In this document: positions 1 through 10,240 of the stretch, piece by piece
How the letters are laid out: each line of letters opens with the position of its first letter
How positions within the stretch are numbered: position 1 is the stretch's first letter
Source: a virus
Taxonomy: Duplodnaviria > Heunggongvirae > Uroviricota > Caudoviricetes
DNA length: 64,000 bases
IMG/VR virus record: IMGVR_UViG_3300028832_000101
Location: 49,380-113,379 of that record
Reading direction: 5' to 3' (one strand)
Translations under genes and position numbers: made by a program
Notes under the pieces: model-generated
The model's database searches: none
Told to the model about the DNA's origin: nothing
What the model saw: only the letters and a program-made list of their open reading frames with translations

Positions 1-56
1 TTTGTTAATTAAATTTTATAATATTTTTTTATAATAATCAATTACTATTCTTTAAA

Positions 57-85
57 TTGACATTATTAAAAATTTTTGTTATAAT
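57..85 (+). promoter_or_regulatory. sigma70-like promoter TTGACA-N17-TATAAT upstream of first early gene
   Basis: ttgaca at 57-62, 17 nt spacer, tataat at 80-85. Confidence 0.5.
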
Positions 86-211
86 CGCGTGCGTTCCTTA
101 TTATATATATGTTTTTTATTAAAAAATATTATAATGTTGACAAAAGAAAATATTTATTTTAATTTATATATAAGATGATATTCATAAATATTTCTAAAAT
201 ATTATCTTTAT

Positions 212-240
212 TTGATAAAAAATTAAAAATATTATATAAT
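212..240 (+). promoter_or_regulatory. sigma70-like promoter TTGATA-N17-TATAAT
   Basis: ttgata 212-217, 17 nt spacer, tataat 235-240; a third weaker candidate (ttgaca 137-142) lies between. Confidence 0.5.
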
Positions 241-297
241 ATAAATATAAAATTATATATTGCAAAAAACTTTTGCTAGAGAGGAGAAGGGACAAGA

Positions 298-654
298 GTG
301 AATATACAACAAAGTAGATTTTTCTGTACAGAATGCGGGAGAGAAGGCGTCCCAATAATGAGACCTAAAGGGGCTCAAAGAGAATCTGGACATTTGAAAA
401 AATTGTATTGCATATATTGCCAAAAAGAAGTTAACCATGCGGAGATCCGAGAGAATGGAAATTATACCCTGGAAGATTTTCAACAAGAATTTAATCTAGG
501 AAGATTCAAAAATGGAGATAGAGAGGCAATTAGCGAATTGAGTGAATGCTCATGTGTACATTGTCCATTTAATGTTAATGGTCGTTGCTGGAATAGTAAT
601 AGAACAAATAACTGTGGACATAGAATAATAGAAAGAGATGATAATAATGAATAA
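298..654 (+). CDS. hypothetical Cys-rich zinc-ribbon protein (GTG start)
   Basis: ORF track; RBS gagaggagaaggg upstream; several CxxC pairs. Confidence 0.5.
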   Translation: MNIQQSRFFCTECGREGVPIMRPKGAQRESGHLKKLYCIYCQKEVNHAEIRENGNYTLEDFQQEFNLGRFKNGDREAISELSECSCVHCPFNVNGRCWNSNRTNNCGHRIIERDDNNE

Positions 655-1207
655 AATTTGGTTTACAAGCGATTTACACTTTGGACACGATAAAGAATTT
701 TTATATGGGCCTAGGGGTTTTAAGACAATAGGTGAACATGATAGAATGATTATCGCAAATTGGAATGAAATAGTTGCGCCAGATGATGAAGTATATATTT
801 TAGGAGATTTAATGCTTGGTAGCGATGAATATGGAATTAATTGTTTAAGTCATTTAAATGGAAAACTTCATATTATTTTTGGTAATCACGATGAATCTCA
901 TAGAAGAAGGTTATATTTTTTAGAATTAGAAAATGCTTCTTATCCAATTGCATTTGCAGAAAAACTAAAATATCAAAAATATGAATTTTTCTTATCACAT
1001 TATCCAACCTTAGTTCATCCTAAGTTAGATAATAAAAAGATATGGAACCTACATGGACATACACATTCTAAAGATAAATTCAGTGAATACCCTCATTGTT
1101 ATAATGTAGCCCTAGATGCTCATGACAATAGGCCAGTATCAATAGATGAAATCATTGAAGACATTAGAAATTTCAATAATAATAATATAAACAAGGAGGA
1201 AAACTAG
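638..1207 (+). CDS. calcineurin-like metallophosphoesterase
   Basis: motifs DLHFGH, GDL, GNHD. Confidence 0.7.
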   Translation: MIIMNKIWFTSDLHFGHDKEFLYGPRGFKTIGEHDRMIIANWNEIVAPDDEVYILGDLMLGSDEYGINCLSHLNGKLHIIFGNHDESHRRRLYFLELENASYPIAFAEKLKYQKYEFFLSHYPTLVHPKLDNKKIWNLHGHTHSKDKFSEYPHCYNVALDAHDNRPVSIDEIIEDIRNFNNNNINKEEN

Positions 1208-1208
1208 T

Positions 1209-1655
1209 ATGATAAAATGGACTTTAAAATATAGTTTTTATGACTCTATTTCTGGAGTATCAGAAGCACATATAAATACTAATTTAGGAACTTTTAAAGG
1301 TAAAGCATTTTTACATGAAGAAGATGAAGATATTGAATCAAAATTTCAAGGTTGTAAATATGCAGAAATGCGTGCTGTATCTAAATATGTTAGTGCATTA
1401 ATAAAAAATGCTCAAATAAAATATGATACTTTATTAAGTTTAACTAATGATTTTCAAAACATAAATATATATAGAGAAAATAAATATACTAAAATTTTAA
1501 AAAATAAATTAGATAATGCTTATAATAATCTTAAAAATTTAAAAGAATATAAACAAAATTTAGATAAGAATATTTATAAGATAATGTCTGGATACAGAGA
1601 AGAAGTTAATAGCTTTAGAAAAGAAATAAAAGAAAGACAAGAGCCAACTAATTAG
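1209..1655 (+). CDS. hypothetical protein
   Basis: ORF track, tight coupling to neighbours. Confidence 0.45.
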   Translation: MIKWTLKYSFYDSISGVSEAHINTNLGTFKGKAFLHEEDEDIESKFQGCKYAEMRAVSKYVSALIKNAQIKYDTLLSLTNDFQNINIYRENKYTKILKNKLDNAYNNLKNLKEYKQNLDKNIYKIMSGYREEVNSFRKEIKERQEPTN

Positions 1656-1684
1656 TAGTTGACTCTCTTTCTAGTTAGGAGCTG

Positions 1685-2218
1685 ATGAAAATGAATAGAA
1701 AAATAATTAAACTATATACTGATGGGGCATGTAGCGGAAATCCTGGCATAGGTGGTTGGAGTTGTGTTAACTATGATGCTAAGAATAATACTATATGGGA
1801 TGCATATACAGGTCAAGATGATTGGGATAAACCTGAAACCACTAATAATAGAATGGAATTAAAAGGATTAATACAAGCATTAAAACTAGCCACTACAAAA
1901 TATAAAGATTGTGATGTTCTTATATATTGTGATAGTTCATATGTAGTTAATACTTTTAATGAATGGATTAGAACCTGGGCCCGCAATAACTGGATTAATA
2001 GTTCAAAAGAACAAGTTAAAAATTTAGATTTAATGAAACAAATATATGATTATGCTATTGTTGAATTTCCAAATTATGGAGTATATAAAGTAGCAGGTCA
2101 TAATAATGAAATAGGAAATGAATTAGCAGATGCTTATGCTGTTGCGGCAAAAAATAGTGATGCAACAAAATTAGCCAAAATTTTAAAAGAAAATAATATT
2201 ACTCTAGCCATAGAGTAA
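1685..2218 (+). CDS. ribonuclease H
   Basis: YTDGACSGNPGIGGW, NNRMELKGLIQAL and DSSYVVN motifs typical of RNase HI. Confidence 0.75.
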   Translation: MKMNRKIIKLYTDGACSGNPGIGGWSCVNYDAKNNTIWDAYTGQDDWDKPETTNNRMELKGLIQALKLATTKYKDCDVLIYCDSSYVVNTFNEWIRTWARNNWINSSKEQVKNLDLMKQIYDYAIVEFPNYGVYKVAGHNNEIGNELADAYAVAAKNSDATKLAKILKENNITLAIE

Positions 2219-2222
2219 TTTT

Positions 2223-2251
2223 TTGATTTTAGAGGAAAATTTTGATATAAT
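2223..2251 (+). promoter_or_regulatory. promoter TTGATT-N17-TATAAT with extended -10 TG
   Basis: ttgatt 2223-2228, tataat 2246-2251. Confidence 0.5.
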
Positions 2252-2284
2252 ATATATGATAAAACTTTAGGAAGGAGAAAAGAA

Positions 2285-4204
2285 ATGACTGATAAAAACA
2301 CTTATACAGAAACATCGATTGAATCATTGTCACCTCTTGAATTTACTCGTCTTAAACCAGGAGTATATGCTGGTGATACAACTTATTCAACTCAATTATT
2401 AGTTGAAATTGTATCTAATGCTGTTGATGAATTCAGATTAGGACATGGTTCTACGATTGATGTAACTATTATCAATAAAGATAAAGATACATTAATAAAA
2501 GTTAGAGATTATGGTCAAGGATTTATTCCTAATTCTTTTAGGGATGATGGTAAGACTATACTTGAAGCTGCATTTAGTGTACTTAATACATCTGGTAAAT
2601 ATCGTGAAGATGGTACTTATCAAGGAACATCATTAGGTTCTTTTGGTATTGGTTCAAAAATTACAACATTCTTATCACATTATCTAGAAGTAACAACTTA
2701 TAGAGATGGTAAGTATGAATACATTAAATTTGATGAAGGTGAATTTAAAGAAAGAAAAGAAGGAACATATACTGATAAAACTCTAACAGGTACAGAAGTT
2801 ATATGGACTCCAAGTGAACAATTCTTTACTCACACATCAGTAGAAGAATCTAAGATAAAAGATTTATTTAATACTATTACTTGTCTATGTCCTGGATTAA
2901 CTATCAATTTAGATATAGATGGACAAAAAATTAAATATATATCTGAAAATGGTATTAATGATTTAGTTGATGAAGCAGTAAGAGGAAAAGAAATTATCAC
3001 TAATAGATTTAACTTAAAATATGAAGAAGGAAAAGAAAAATTAGATATGGTATTAACATATACATCTAATTATTCTTTAAATTTAATTCCTTATGTTAAC
3101 ACAGGTTTAACAGAAAAAGGACCTCATATTACACAAGTTAAAACAGTTATCACAAGAGAATTTAATAAATTCTTTAAAGATAAGAAATGGCTAAAAGATA
3201 AAGAAGAAAATTTAACAGGTGATGATATCCAAGAAGGTATGTATATAGTATTTAACTTAACAGCCTCTAATGTGGCATATGATGCACAAGTTAAATCAAC
3301 AGTAACAAAATTAGATATGAGTAATTTTGCTAATGTTATTGCTACAAATCTTCAATATTGGTTAGCTAATAATGAAAAAGAAATTAAAGTAATCTTTGAT
3401 AAAGCGGCAGCAGCTCGTAAAGCAAGAGAAGCCGCAAAATCTGCAAGAGAAAGAGTTAGAGAAAATAATAAGAAAAAAGAAAAGGCTCTTAAATTTGATA
3501 GTAAATTAGCAGATTGTTATTCAAAAGATAGAAGTAAATGTGAAATATATATTACAGAGGGTGATTCAGCTTCTGGAAACTTAAAGTCAGCTAGAAATAA
3601 TGAGTTCCAAGCGGTAATGCCTATTCGTGGTAAAATATTAAACACACAAAAAGCAAGTTTAGATAAAATACAAAAGAATGCAGAAATTATGACAATGATT
3701 GATGCTTTTGGATTATATATTGATACTAAAACTATGCAAGTTACTTATAATAAAGATAGTTTAAGATATGGTAAAATTATAATTGAATCAGATGCCGATG
3801 TTGATGGCGCCCATATTAAGAACTTATTCTATACTTTTATATGGAACTTCTGTCCTCAATTAATTGAAGATGGATATGTATATGCAGGTGTTCCACCATT
3901 ATATAAAGTTACAATAGGAAAAGAATATAAATATATTAAAAATGATGAAGAACTAGAAGCATTTAAAAAGACAATAGGCGATAAAAAAATAACTGTTAAT
4001 CGTATGAAAGGTTTAGGCGAAATGTCTGTTGACGAAACAGAAGAAACATTAACCGATCCTGATAATAGAATTATCAAACAAATAACAGTTGAAGATGCGG
4101 AAGCCGCAGATAAATTATTTAATGATTTAATGGGTACTGGTGTTGTCGCAAGAAAAGATTTTATAAAAGAACATAGTAAGGAGGCTACATATAATGCAGA
4201 ATAA
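2285..4204 (+). CDS. type IIA topoisomerase ATPase subunit (GyrB/ParE/T4 gp39-like)
   Basis: GHKL ATPase N-terminus; EGDSASGNLKSARN...QAVMPIRGKILNTQKA toprim motif. Confidence 0.85.
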   Translation: MTDKNTYTETSIESLSPLEFTRLKPGVYAGDTTYSTQLLVEIVSNAVDEFRLGHGSTIDVTIINKDKDTLIKVRDYGQGFIPNSFRDDGKTILEAAFSVLNTSGKYREDGTYQGTSLGSFGIGSKITTFLSHYLEVTTYRDGKYEYIKFDEGEFKERKEGTYTDKTLTGTEVIWTPSEQFFTHTSVEESKIKDLFNTITCLCPGLTINLDIDGQKIKYISENGINDLVDEAVRGKEIITNRFNLKYEEGKEKLDMVLTYTSNYSLNLIPYVNTGLTEKGPHITQVKTVITREFNKFFKDKKWLKDKEENLTGDDIQEGMYIVFNLTASNVAYDAQVKSTVTKLDMSNFANVIATNLQYWLANNEKEIKVIFDKAAAARKAREAAKSARERVRENNKKKEKALKFDSKLADCYSKDRSKCEIYITEGDSASGNLKSARNNEFQAVMPIRGKILNTQKASLDKIQKNAEIMTMIDAFGLYIDTKTMQVTYNKDSLRYGKIIIESDADVDGAHIKNLFYTFIWNFCPQLIEDGYVYAGVPPLYKVTIGKEYKYIKNDEELEAFKKTIGDKKITVNRMKGLGEMSVDETEETLTDPDNRIIKQITVEDAEAADKLFNDLMGTGVVARKDFIKEHSKEATYNAE

Positions 4205-6515
4205 TGATATTTTAAATGAGTTAAGTACAAACTTTATTGAATATGCTGTTGCGGTTAACACAGATCGTGCTATTCCAGATGCAACTTCTGGGTTAAAACC
4301 AGTAGCCCGTAGATTACTATGGGGAGCTTTTGAAAGAGGCTATACATCAAGTAAACCTCATGTTAAGTCTGCAAAAATAGTTGGAGATGTAATGGGTACT
4401 TACCATCCACATGGTGATTCATCTATTTATGGAGCTCTTGTAAGATTATCTCAACCTTGGGTTATGAGATACCCACTTATAGATTGGCATGGTTCTAATG
4501 GTAATATTGATGGCGATGGTCCTGCAGCGATGCGTTATACAGAATCTAGACTATCAAAATTAGCAGAAGATGGTATGTTAAAAGGAATTAAGAAAAGAAA
4601 TGTAGATTTTATTCCTAACTACTCTGAAGACTGTGAAGAACCAGTTACATTACCTGCTATATTCCCTAACTTATTATGTAATCCAAACACTGGTATTGGT
4701 GTAGCTATGGCTTGTAATTTTGCTCCACATAATTTATGTGAAGTAGCTCAAGCTATATATGATTACATTGATGGTAAAGAACCTATGTTACCAGGTCCAG
4801 ATTTTCCAACAGGTGGATTAATTATTAATATGAATGATATTCCAAATATTATGAAAACAGGACATGGTAGTGTAAAAGTTAGAGCTAAATATAATGTAGA
4901 AAAACAAAATATAGTATATTATGAAATTCCATATGGAACTTCTACTGAAGCACTTATTGCGGAAATCGGTGAAGTAGCTGAAAATGATATTCCTGATATT
5001 ATAAATATTAGAAATGAAAGTAATAAAAAAGGTTTAAGAATTGTTGTTGAGTGCGCAAAAGGAGCTAATCCAGATGCAATAGCAGGTAAATTATTTGCAA
5101 AAACTAATTTACAAAGTAGTTTTTCATATAATCAAGTTGCTTTAATAAATAAAACTCCAACAGAAGTTAACTTAAAAGATTGTATTAAATTATATTTAGA
5201 CCATAATGTAAATTGTTTAATTAAGGAAACTGAATTTGATTTACATGCTGCGGAAGCCCGCCTTGAAATTGTTGAAGGTTTATTAAGAGCATTAGAAGAT
5301 ATTGATAATATTATTGCATTTATTAAAAAATCTGAATCTAGTGCTGCCGCAAAAGAAGGTTTAATTAAAGAATATAAATTTACTGAACCTCAAGCTAAGT
5401 CTATTGTAGCTATGAGATTAGGTTCTCTTGCTAAATTAGAAAAAGTAGAATTAAATGAAGAAAAAAATGGTTTAGTAAAAGATATAGAAGAATTTAATAA
5501 AATTTTATCTTCTAATGAATTACAAGTTAATATAATAAAAGAAAGATTAGAAGAATTAGTTAAAAAATATGGTGATAAAAGAAGAACTGAATTAGCTCAA
5601 ATTGAAATCCCAAAAGAAGATAAAGAAATTGTTGCAGTAATTCCTGAAGATGTTGTTGTAATGGTATCTCAAACAGGTGATGTTAAGCGTATTCCTAAAT
5701 CTAACTTCAGAGCGCAAAGAAGAGGCGGAAAAGGAATTAAGTCAGAGGAAGAAGCAATTTTAACTACAATTAAAACTAATACTATTGATAATTTATTAGT
5801 ATTTACTAATAAAGGAAAAATGTATAAAATATTAGTAGATAAACTTCCTGTTGGAACAAATGCTTCAAAAGGACAAAATGTTGCTAGTTTAGTTACTATG
5901 GATACAGATGAGAAAGTAATAGCCGCTGCAAGTTTAGATAGAGATACTGATGCTGAATATGTAGTATTTGTGACTAAACAAGGTCTATTTAAGAAAACAT
6001 TGCTAAGTGAATATAAGAGTATTAAAAAATCTACTGGAACTCAAGCGATTAAATTAAAAGATGGCGACAGTATATCTAATGTAGTGTTTATGAAAGATGA
6101 AGAATTTATGATATTTACTAAATTAGGTATGGCTATTAGATTTACTACTACTGATATTAATCCAATAGGTAGAGTAACTAGTGGAGTAAAAGGTATTAAC
6201 TTAATTGATGGAGACGAAGTTATAAGTAGTTTTGCTATTACTGATAAGAGTAAAAATATAGCAATTATAGGTAAAAATGGTTATGGAAAGAAAAGTAGTT
6301 TAGATGAGTTCTCTTCTCAAGGTCGAGGAGGTAAAGGACTTAAACTTGGATCTGAAATAGCTGGTGCCGCATTAATAAATGATGAAGATAATTTATTATT
6401 ATTAGGTAAACCTAATAGTATATGTATATCATGTGCGGAAATGCCTGTTCAAGGTAGAGCTACTCTAGGTGTTAAGCTAGCACAAAACGAAATTAAAAAT
6501 GTTGTTATTGTGTAA
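4194..6515 (+). CDS. type IIA topoisomerase DNA breakage-reunion subunit (GyrA/ParC-like)
   Basis: 773 aa; GyrA-like N-terminal region (VARRLLWGAFERG), immediately follows B subunit with 4-codon overlap. Confidence 0.85.
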   Translation: MQNNDILNELSTNFIEYAVAVNTDRAIPDATSGLKPVARRLLWGAFERGYTSSKPHVKSAKIVGDVMGTYHPHGDSSIYGALVRLSQPWVMRYPLIDWHGSNGNIDGDGPAAMRYTESRLSKLAEDGMLKGIKKRNVDFIPNYSEDCEEPVTLPAIFPNLLCNPNTGIGVAMACNFAPHNLCEVAQAIYDYIDGKEPMLPGPDFPTGGLIINMNDIPNIMKTGHGSVKVRAKYNVEKQNIVYYEIPYGTSTEALIAEIGEVAENDIPDIINIRNESNKKGLRIVVECAKGANPDAIAGKLFAKTNLQSSFSYNQVALINKTPTEVNLKDCIKLYLDHNVNCLIKETEFDLHAAEARLEIVEGLLRALEDIDNIIAFIKKSESSAAAKEGLIKEYKFTEPQAKSIVAMRLGSLAKLEKVELNEEKNGLVKDIEEFNKILSSNELQVNIIKERLEELVKKYGDKRRTELAQIEIPKEDKEIVAVIPEDVVVMVSQTGDVKRIPKSNFRAQRRGGKGIKSEEEAILTTIKTNTIDNLLVFTNKGKMYKILVDKLPVGTNASKGQNVASLVTMDTDEKVIAAASLDRDTDAEYVVFVTKQGLFKKTLLSEYKSIKKSTGTQAIKLKDGDSISNVVFMKDEEFMIFTKLGMAIRFTTTDINPIGRVTSGVKGINLIDGDEVISSFAITDKSKNIAIIGKNGYGKKSSLDEFSSQGRGGKGLKLGSEIAGAALINDEDNLLLLGKPNSICISCAEMPVQGRATLGVKLAQNEIKNVVIV

Positions 6516-6611
6516 CAACATTTTTTTATTGCGATTTTAAATTTGAAAATAAAAAAAAATTATTATATAATATATATAGAAAAAATAAAAGGAAAGGAGG
6601 AATTATGTATG

Positions 6612-8531
6612 ATAGATAATAATTTAAGTGAAATAAGACAATTAATAGATAAATTAAATTATTATACTAAATTATATGATGAAGGTCATCCTGAGATTTC
6701 TGATATAGAATGGGATAATTTATATTTTAAATTACAAAAATTAGAAAATCAATATCATACATATTGTGAAGATAGTCCTACTCAAAAAGTTAATTTTCAA
6801 GTAGTAAATAAACTAAATAAAGTAGAACATAATCACCCTATGCTTTCTTTGGATAAAACAAAAGATATGGATGTAATTAAATCTTTTATAGCAGGAAAAG
6901 AATTTATATGTATGGCAAAAATGGACGGGTTGACTTGTTCATTAACATATCAAAATGGACAACTAGTTGCCGCAGAAACTCGCGGAAATGGAATTGTCGG
7001 AGAAGATATTTTACATAATGCTTTACAAGTAAAAAACATTCCTAATAAAATTGATTTTAAAGATAAATTAGTTGTAGATGGAGAAATAATATGCACATAT
7101 AGTGATTTTGAACCATTTGCAGAAGAATATAAAAATCCTAGAAATTTTGCATCTGGTAGTATAAGATTATTAGATAGTAAAGAAAGTTCTAATAGAAGAT
7201 TATCTTTTGTTGCTTGGGATTGTATTGAAGGATATAATGATAAATATTACTTAAGCACAAAATTAGCGTGGTTAAATCTATTAGGATTTACTATCGTCCC
7301 TTGTTTTGCTTATGGTATTCCATATACCACAGTTCATTTTGATGAAGATATAGAAGAATTAAAAAATAGAAGTAAAAGATTAGGGTATCCAATAGATGGC
7401 TTAGTATTTAAATATGATAATTGTGATGAATATAATACCGCAGGTAGAACTGACCATCATTTTAAAGGCGGAATAGCATATAAATTTTATGATGAAGAAT
7501 ATGAAACAACTCTTCAAGATATAGAATGGAGTATTGGAAGAACAGGAATTCTTACTCCTGTTGCTATATTTGACCCTGTGGATATAGATGGAACTGAAGT
7601 TTCAAGAGCAAGTTTACATAATGTAAGTGTTATGACAGAAATATTAGGACAACCTTACAAAGGACAAAAGATAAAAGTATTTAAAGCAAATATGATTATT
7701 CCTCAAATCTCTTGGGCTGAAATTAAACCACTTACTATATCTACATTCAGATGTGAAAAATGTCCATTATGTGGAGAAAGAACCGTTCTTAAAAATAATG
7801 ATGGAGTTATGACATTATATTGTAGTAATCCAGATTGCGAAGGAAAGTTAATAAACCGTTTAGACCACTTTTGTGGTAAAAAAGGTTTAGATATAAAAGG
7901 GCTCTCAAAGGCAACTCTCGAGAAACTTATTGACTGGAGTTGGATTTCTAGTTATATGGATATATATAATTTAGAAAACTTCTCAAACGAATGGAAAAAC
8001 AAAACTGGCTTTGGTGAAAAATCAGTAGAGAGGATCTTGAGCGCCCTTGAACAAAGTAAAAATACAACATTAGATAAAGTAATTGCGGCAGCAGGTATTC
8101 CATTAATTGGAACGAGAGTCGCAAAAGATTTATCTCAATACTATTCTTCATGGGAAGACTTTAGAAAAGAAACAAATTTTGAGAAATATGATGGTATTGG
8201 ACCTGAAATGAATAACTCATTATTAAACTTTGATTATACTGAAATAGATAAAGTAATTCCTTATTTGAATATATCTGCAACAAATAATAATAAAGACAAT
8301 ACATTGCAAGATAAAGTTTTTTGTATAACAGGCAAATTACATATATGGAAGAATAGAGATGAATTAATTAAAAGTATTGAATCTATGGGCGGAAGAGTAG
8401 TAGGCTCTATGAGTAGTAAAGTTGACTATTTAGTTAATAATGATATTAATTCAACTTCTGCAAAAAATAATGCGGCTAAACAAGCAGGTATTCCAATTAT
8501 AACAGAAGAAGAATTGCAATCTATGATTTAA
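6612..8531 (+). CDS. ligA: NAD-dependent DNA ligase
   Basis: LigA adenylation region, four-Cys zinc finger (CEKCPLCG...CSNPDC), HhH and BRCT-like C-terminus; ATG at 6612 with RBS aaggaaaggagg (track start 6543 is an in-frame extension). Confidence 0.8.
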   Translation: MDNNLSEIRQLIDKLNYYTKLYDEGHPEISDIEWDNLYFKLQKLENQYHTYCEDSPTQKVNFQVVNKLNKVEHNHPMLSLDKTKDMDVIKSFIAGKEFICMAKMDGLTCSLTYQNGQLVAAETRGNGIVGEDILHNALQVKNIPNKIDFKDKLVVDGEIICTYSDFEPFAEEYKNPRNFASGSIRLLDSKESSNRRLSFVAWDCIEGYNDKYYLSTKLAWLNLLGFTIVPCFAYGIPYTTVHFDEDIEELKNRSKRLGYPIDGLVFKYDNCDEYNTAGRTDHHFKGGIAYKFYDEEYETTLQDIEWSIGRTGILTPVAIFDPVDIDGTEVSRASLHNVSVMTEILGQPYKGQKIKVFKANMIIPQISWAEIKPLTISTFRCEKCPLCGERTVLKNNDGVMTLYCSNPDCEGKLINRLDHFCGKKGLDIKGLSKATLEKLIDWSWISSYMDIYNLENFSNEWKNKTGFGEKSVERILSALEQSKNTTLDKVIAAAGIPLIGTRVAKDLSQYYSSWEDFRKETNFEKYDGIGPEMNNSLLNFDYTEIDKVIPYLNISATNNNKDNTLQDKVFCITGKLHIWKNRDELIKSIESMGGRVVGSMSSKVDYLVNNDINSTSAKNNAAKQAGIPIITEEELQSMI

Positions 8532-8570
8532 TACTTTGATGTTTTAAAAATTTTCGTATATAATATAAAT

Positions 8571-8768
8571 ATGAAAGATAAAGAAAAAAAGAAAAAAATT
8601 AAATCAATAGCTCAACAAATTTCACAATTGGAAAATAAGTGTCGTATAGATTCGGTTAACCAACTTAAGTATATGGCAGAAATGCAACAATTAATTGAAA
8701 ATCTTTCATTAGAAGAGTTATTGGAGATTGATGAATATATAATTGAAAGCAAATGTTTGAAAAAATAA
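8571..8768 (+). CDS. hypothetical small protein
   Basis: ORF track, own promoter-like TATAAT upstream. Confidence 0.4.
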   Translation: MKDKEKKKKIKSIAQQISQLENKCRIDSVNQLKYMAEMQQLIENLSLEELLEIDEYIIESKCLKK

Positions 8769-8830
8769 AAATTTTTAGTTATAATATTCATATAAAATAA
8801 AATAAGAAAAAAGAAGAGGAGAAAAAGATT

Positions 8831-9097
8831 ATGTTAAAACCAAATAGTAAATTAGTTTATGATTATGTAAAAGCAAATGGAGCAAATAATATTACTGCAG
8901 CTGATATCGCTGAAGGAACTGGACTTCCAGTAAGAAGCGTTAATGGTATCGTTACATCTGCATTCCAAAGAAAAGGTTTAATGGAAAGAATTGCTGCTGA
9001 AGTTGAATTAGAAGATGGAACTCACAAAACAGTTAAATTTATTAAATTAACTGCTGAAGGTGAAGCATTCGATCCTGAAGCTGAAGACGCTGAATAA
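8831..9097 (+). CDS. hypothetical acidic small protein, possible winged-helix DNA binder
   Basis: ORF track; strong RBS aagaggagaaaaag. Confidence 0.4.
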   Translation: MLKPNSKLVYDYVKANGANNITAADIAEGTGLPVRSVNGIVTSAFQRKGLMERIAAEVELEDGTHKTVKFIKLTAEGEAFDPEAEDAE

Positions 9098-9117
9098 TTT
9101 TAAATAAACAGGAGAAG

Positions 9118-9150
9118 GAGTTGGGCATAGCTCAACTTCTTTTTAATTAG
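9118..9150 (+). terminator. intrinsic terminator hairpin agttgggcatagctcaact + T-run
   Basis: inverted repeat followed by tctttttaatt. Confidence 0.5.
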
Positions 9151-9159
9151 GAGAATATT

Positions 9160-10086
9160 ATGAGAATTTTATTTTTATTAATAGGTATTATTGGTGTTAT
9201 TTTATGTATAATAGCATTTTTAAGAATAAAAGATACTAATGATAATAATAAAAAAATAGAAGAAGAAAATAAAAAATTATTAAAAGATAAAGAGATTATA
9301 GAAAAAGAAATAAAACTTTTAATTTTACAAAAAGAATATACACAAGAAGATTTGAATAAAATTAAAAATCTAACTTCTGATATGAATAAAGGCGCTTATG
9401 AAGCATTCTCTCAATACTGTGATACTTTAGATACAGAATATAATGTTATCGAACAAGAGTATGATAACACGACGAATGAATTAAAAACTGCATATGATAA
9501 CTTGCAAGATACATTAATGAGCAAGATAGAGATTGTGCAAAAAGAATTGGATAAAATTTCCGCAACCCGTGCCGCCGCATTAGAAGCTCAATTAAAAGAA
9601 CAAGAGGTAAAGAATAAACAATCTTTCTATTGTCCTCAAATTCCTGAAGATGAGTTAAGAGATGCTAAGACATTAAAAGATATAGAATATAAATTGAACA
9701 ATCCAAGAGTATTAAGAATGCTTATATGGCAAACTTATTATCAAAAGCCAATGAACCAAGTATGTGCAAATGTATTAGGTGCGGCAACCGCAGATATATG
9801 TGGTATATATAAAATTACCAACCAATTAAATGATTTAGTATATATAGGTCAAGCTGTTGATATGTCAACTCGTTGGAAAAATCATGCTAAAGCTGGATTA
9901 GGAATAGATACCCCGCAAGGAAATAAATTATATAAAGCAATGAAAGAAGATGGATTAGAGAATTTCTCTTTTGAATTATTAGAAAAATGTAAAAGAGAAG
10001 AATTAGATGAGAAAGAAAAATATTATATTTCTTTATATCAATCTGACCAATTTGGATATAATTCTAATTCAGGAATTAGTAAATAG
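9160..10086 (+). CDS. membrane-anchored coiled-coil protein with C-terminal GIY-YIG nuclease domain
   Basis: N-terminal hydrophobic helix ILFLLIGIIGVILCIIAFL; GIYKITNQLNDLVYIGQ...R..NH motif. Confidence 0.65.
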   Translation: MRILFLLIGIIGVILCIIAFLRIKDTNDNNKKIEEENKKLLKDKEIIEKEIKLLILQKEYTQEDLNKIKNLTSDMNKGAYEAFSQYCDTLDTEYNVIEQEYDNTTNELKTAYDNLQDTLMSKIEIVQKELDKISATRAAALEAQLKEQEVKNKQSFYCPQIPEDELRDAKTLKDIEYKLNNPRVLRMLIWQTYYQKPMNQVCANVLGAATADICGIYKITNQLNDLVYIGQAVDMSTRWKNHAKAGLGIDTPQGNKLYKAMKEDGLENFSFELLEKCKREELDEKEKYYISLYQSDQFGYNSNSGISK

Positions 10087-10240
10087 ATTATATACCCTCG
10101 ATAGCCAGGGTAGGTAATTTTGACAGTAAAAAAATTTTTTGCTATAATAATAATAGAAATAATTAAATCATAAAGATAAATTAAATGAATTAAATTATTT
10201 TAAAAAGAAAAGAAAATATTTAGTAAAGGAGAAAAAGATT

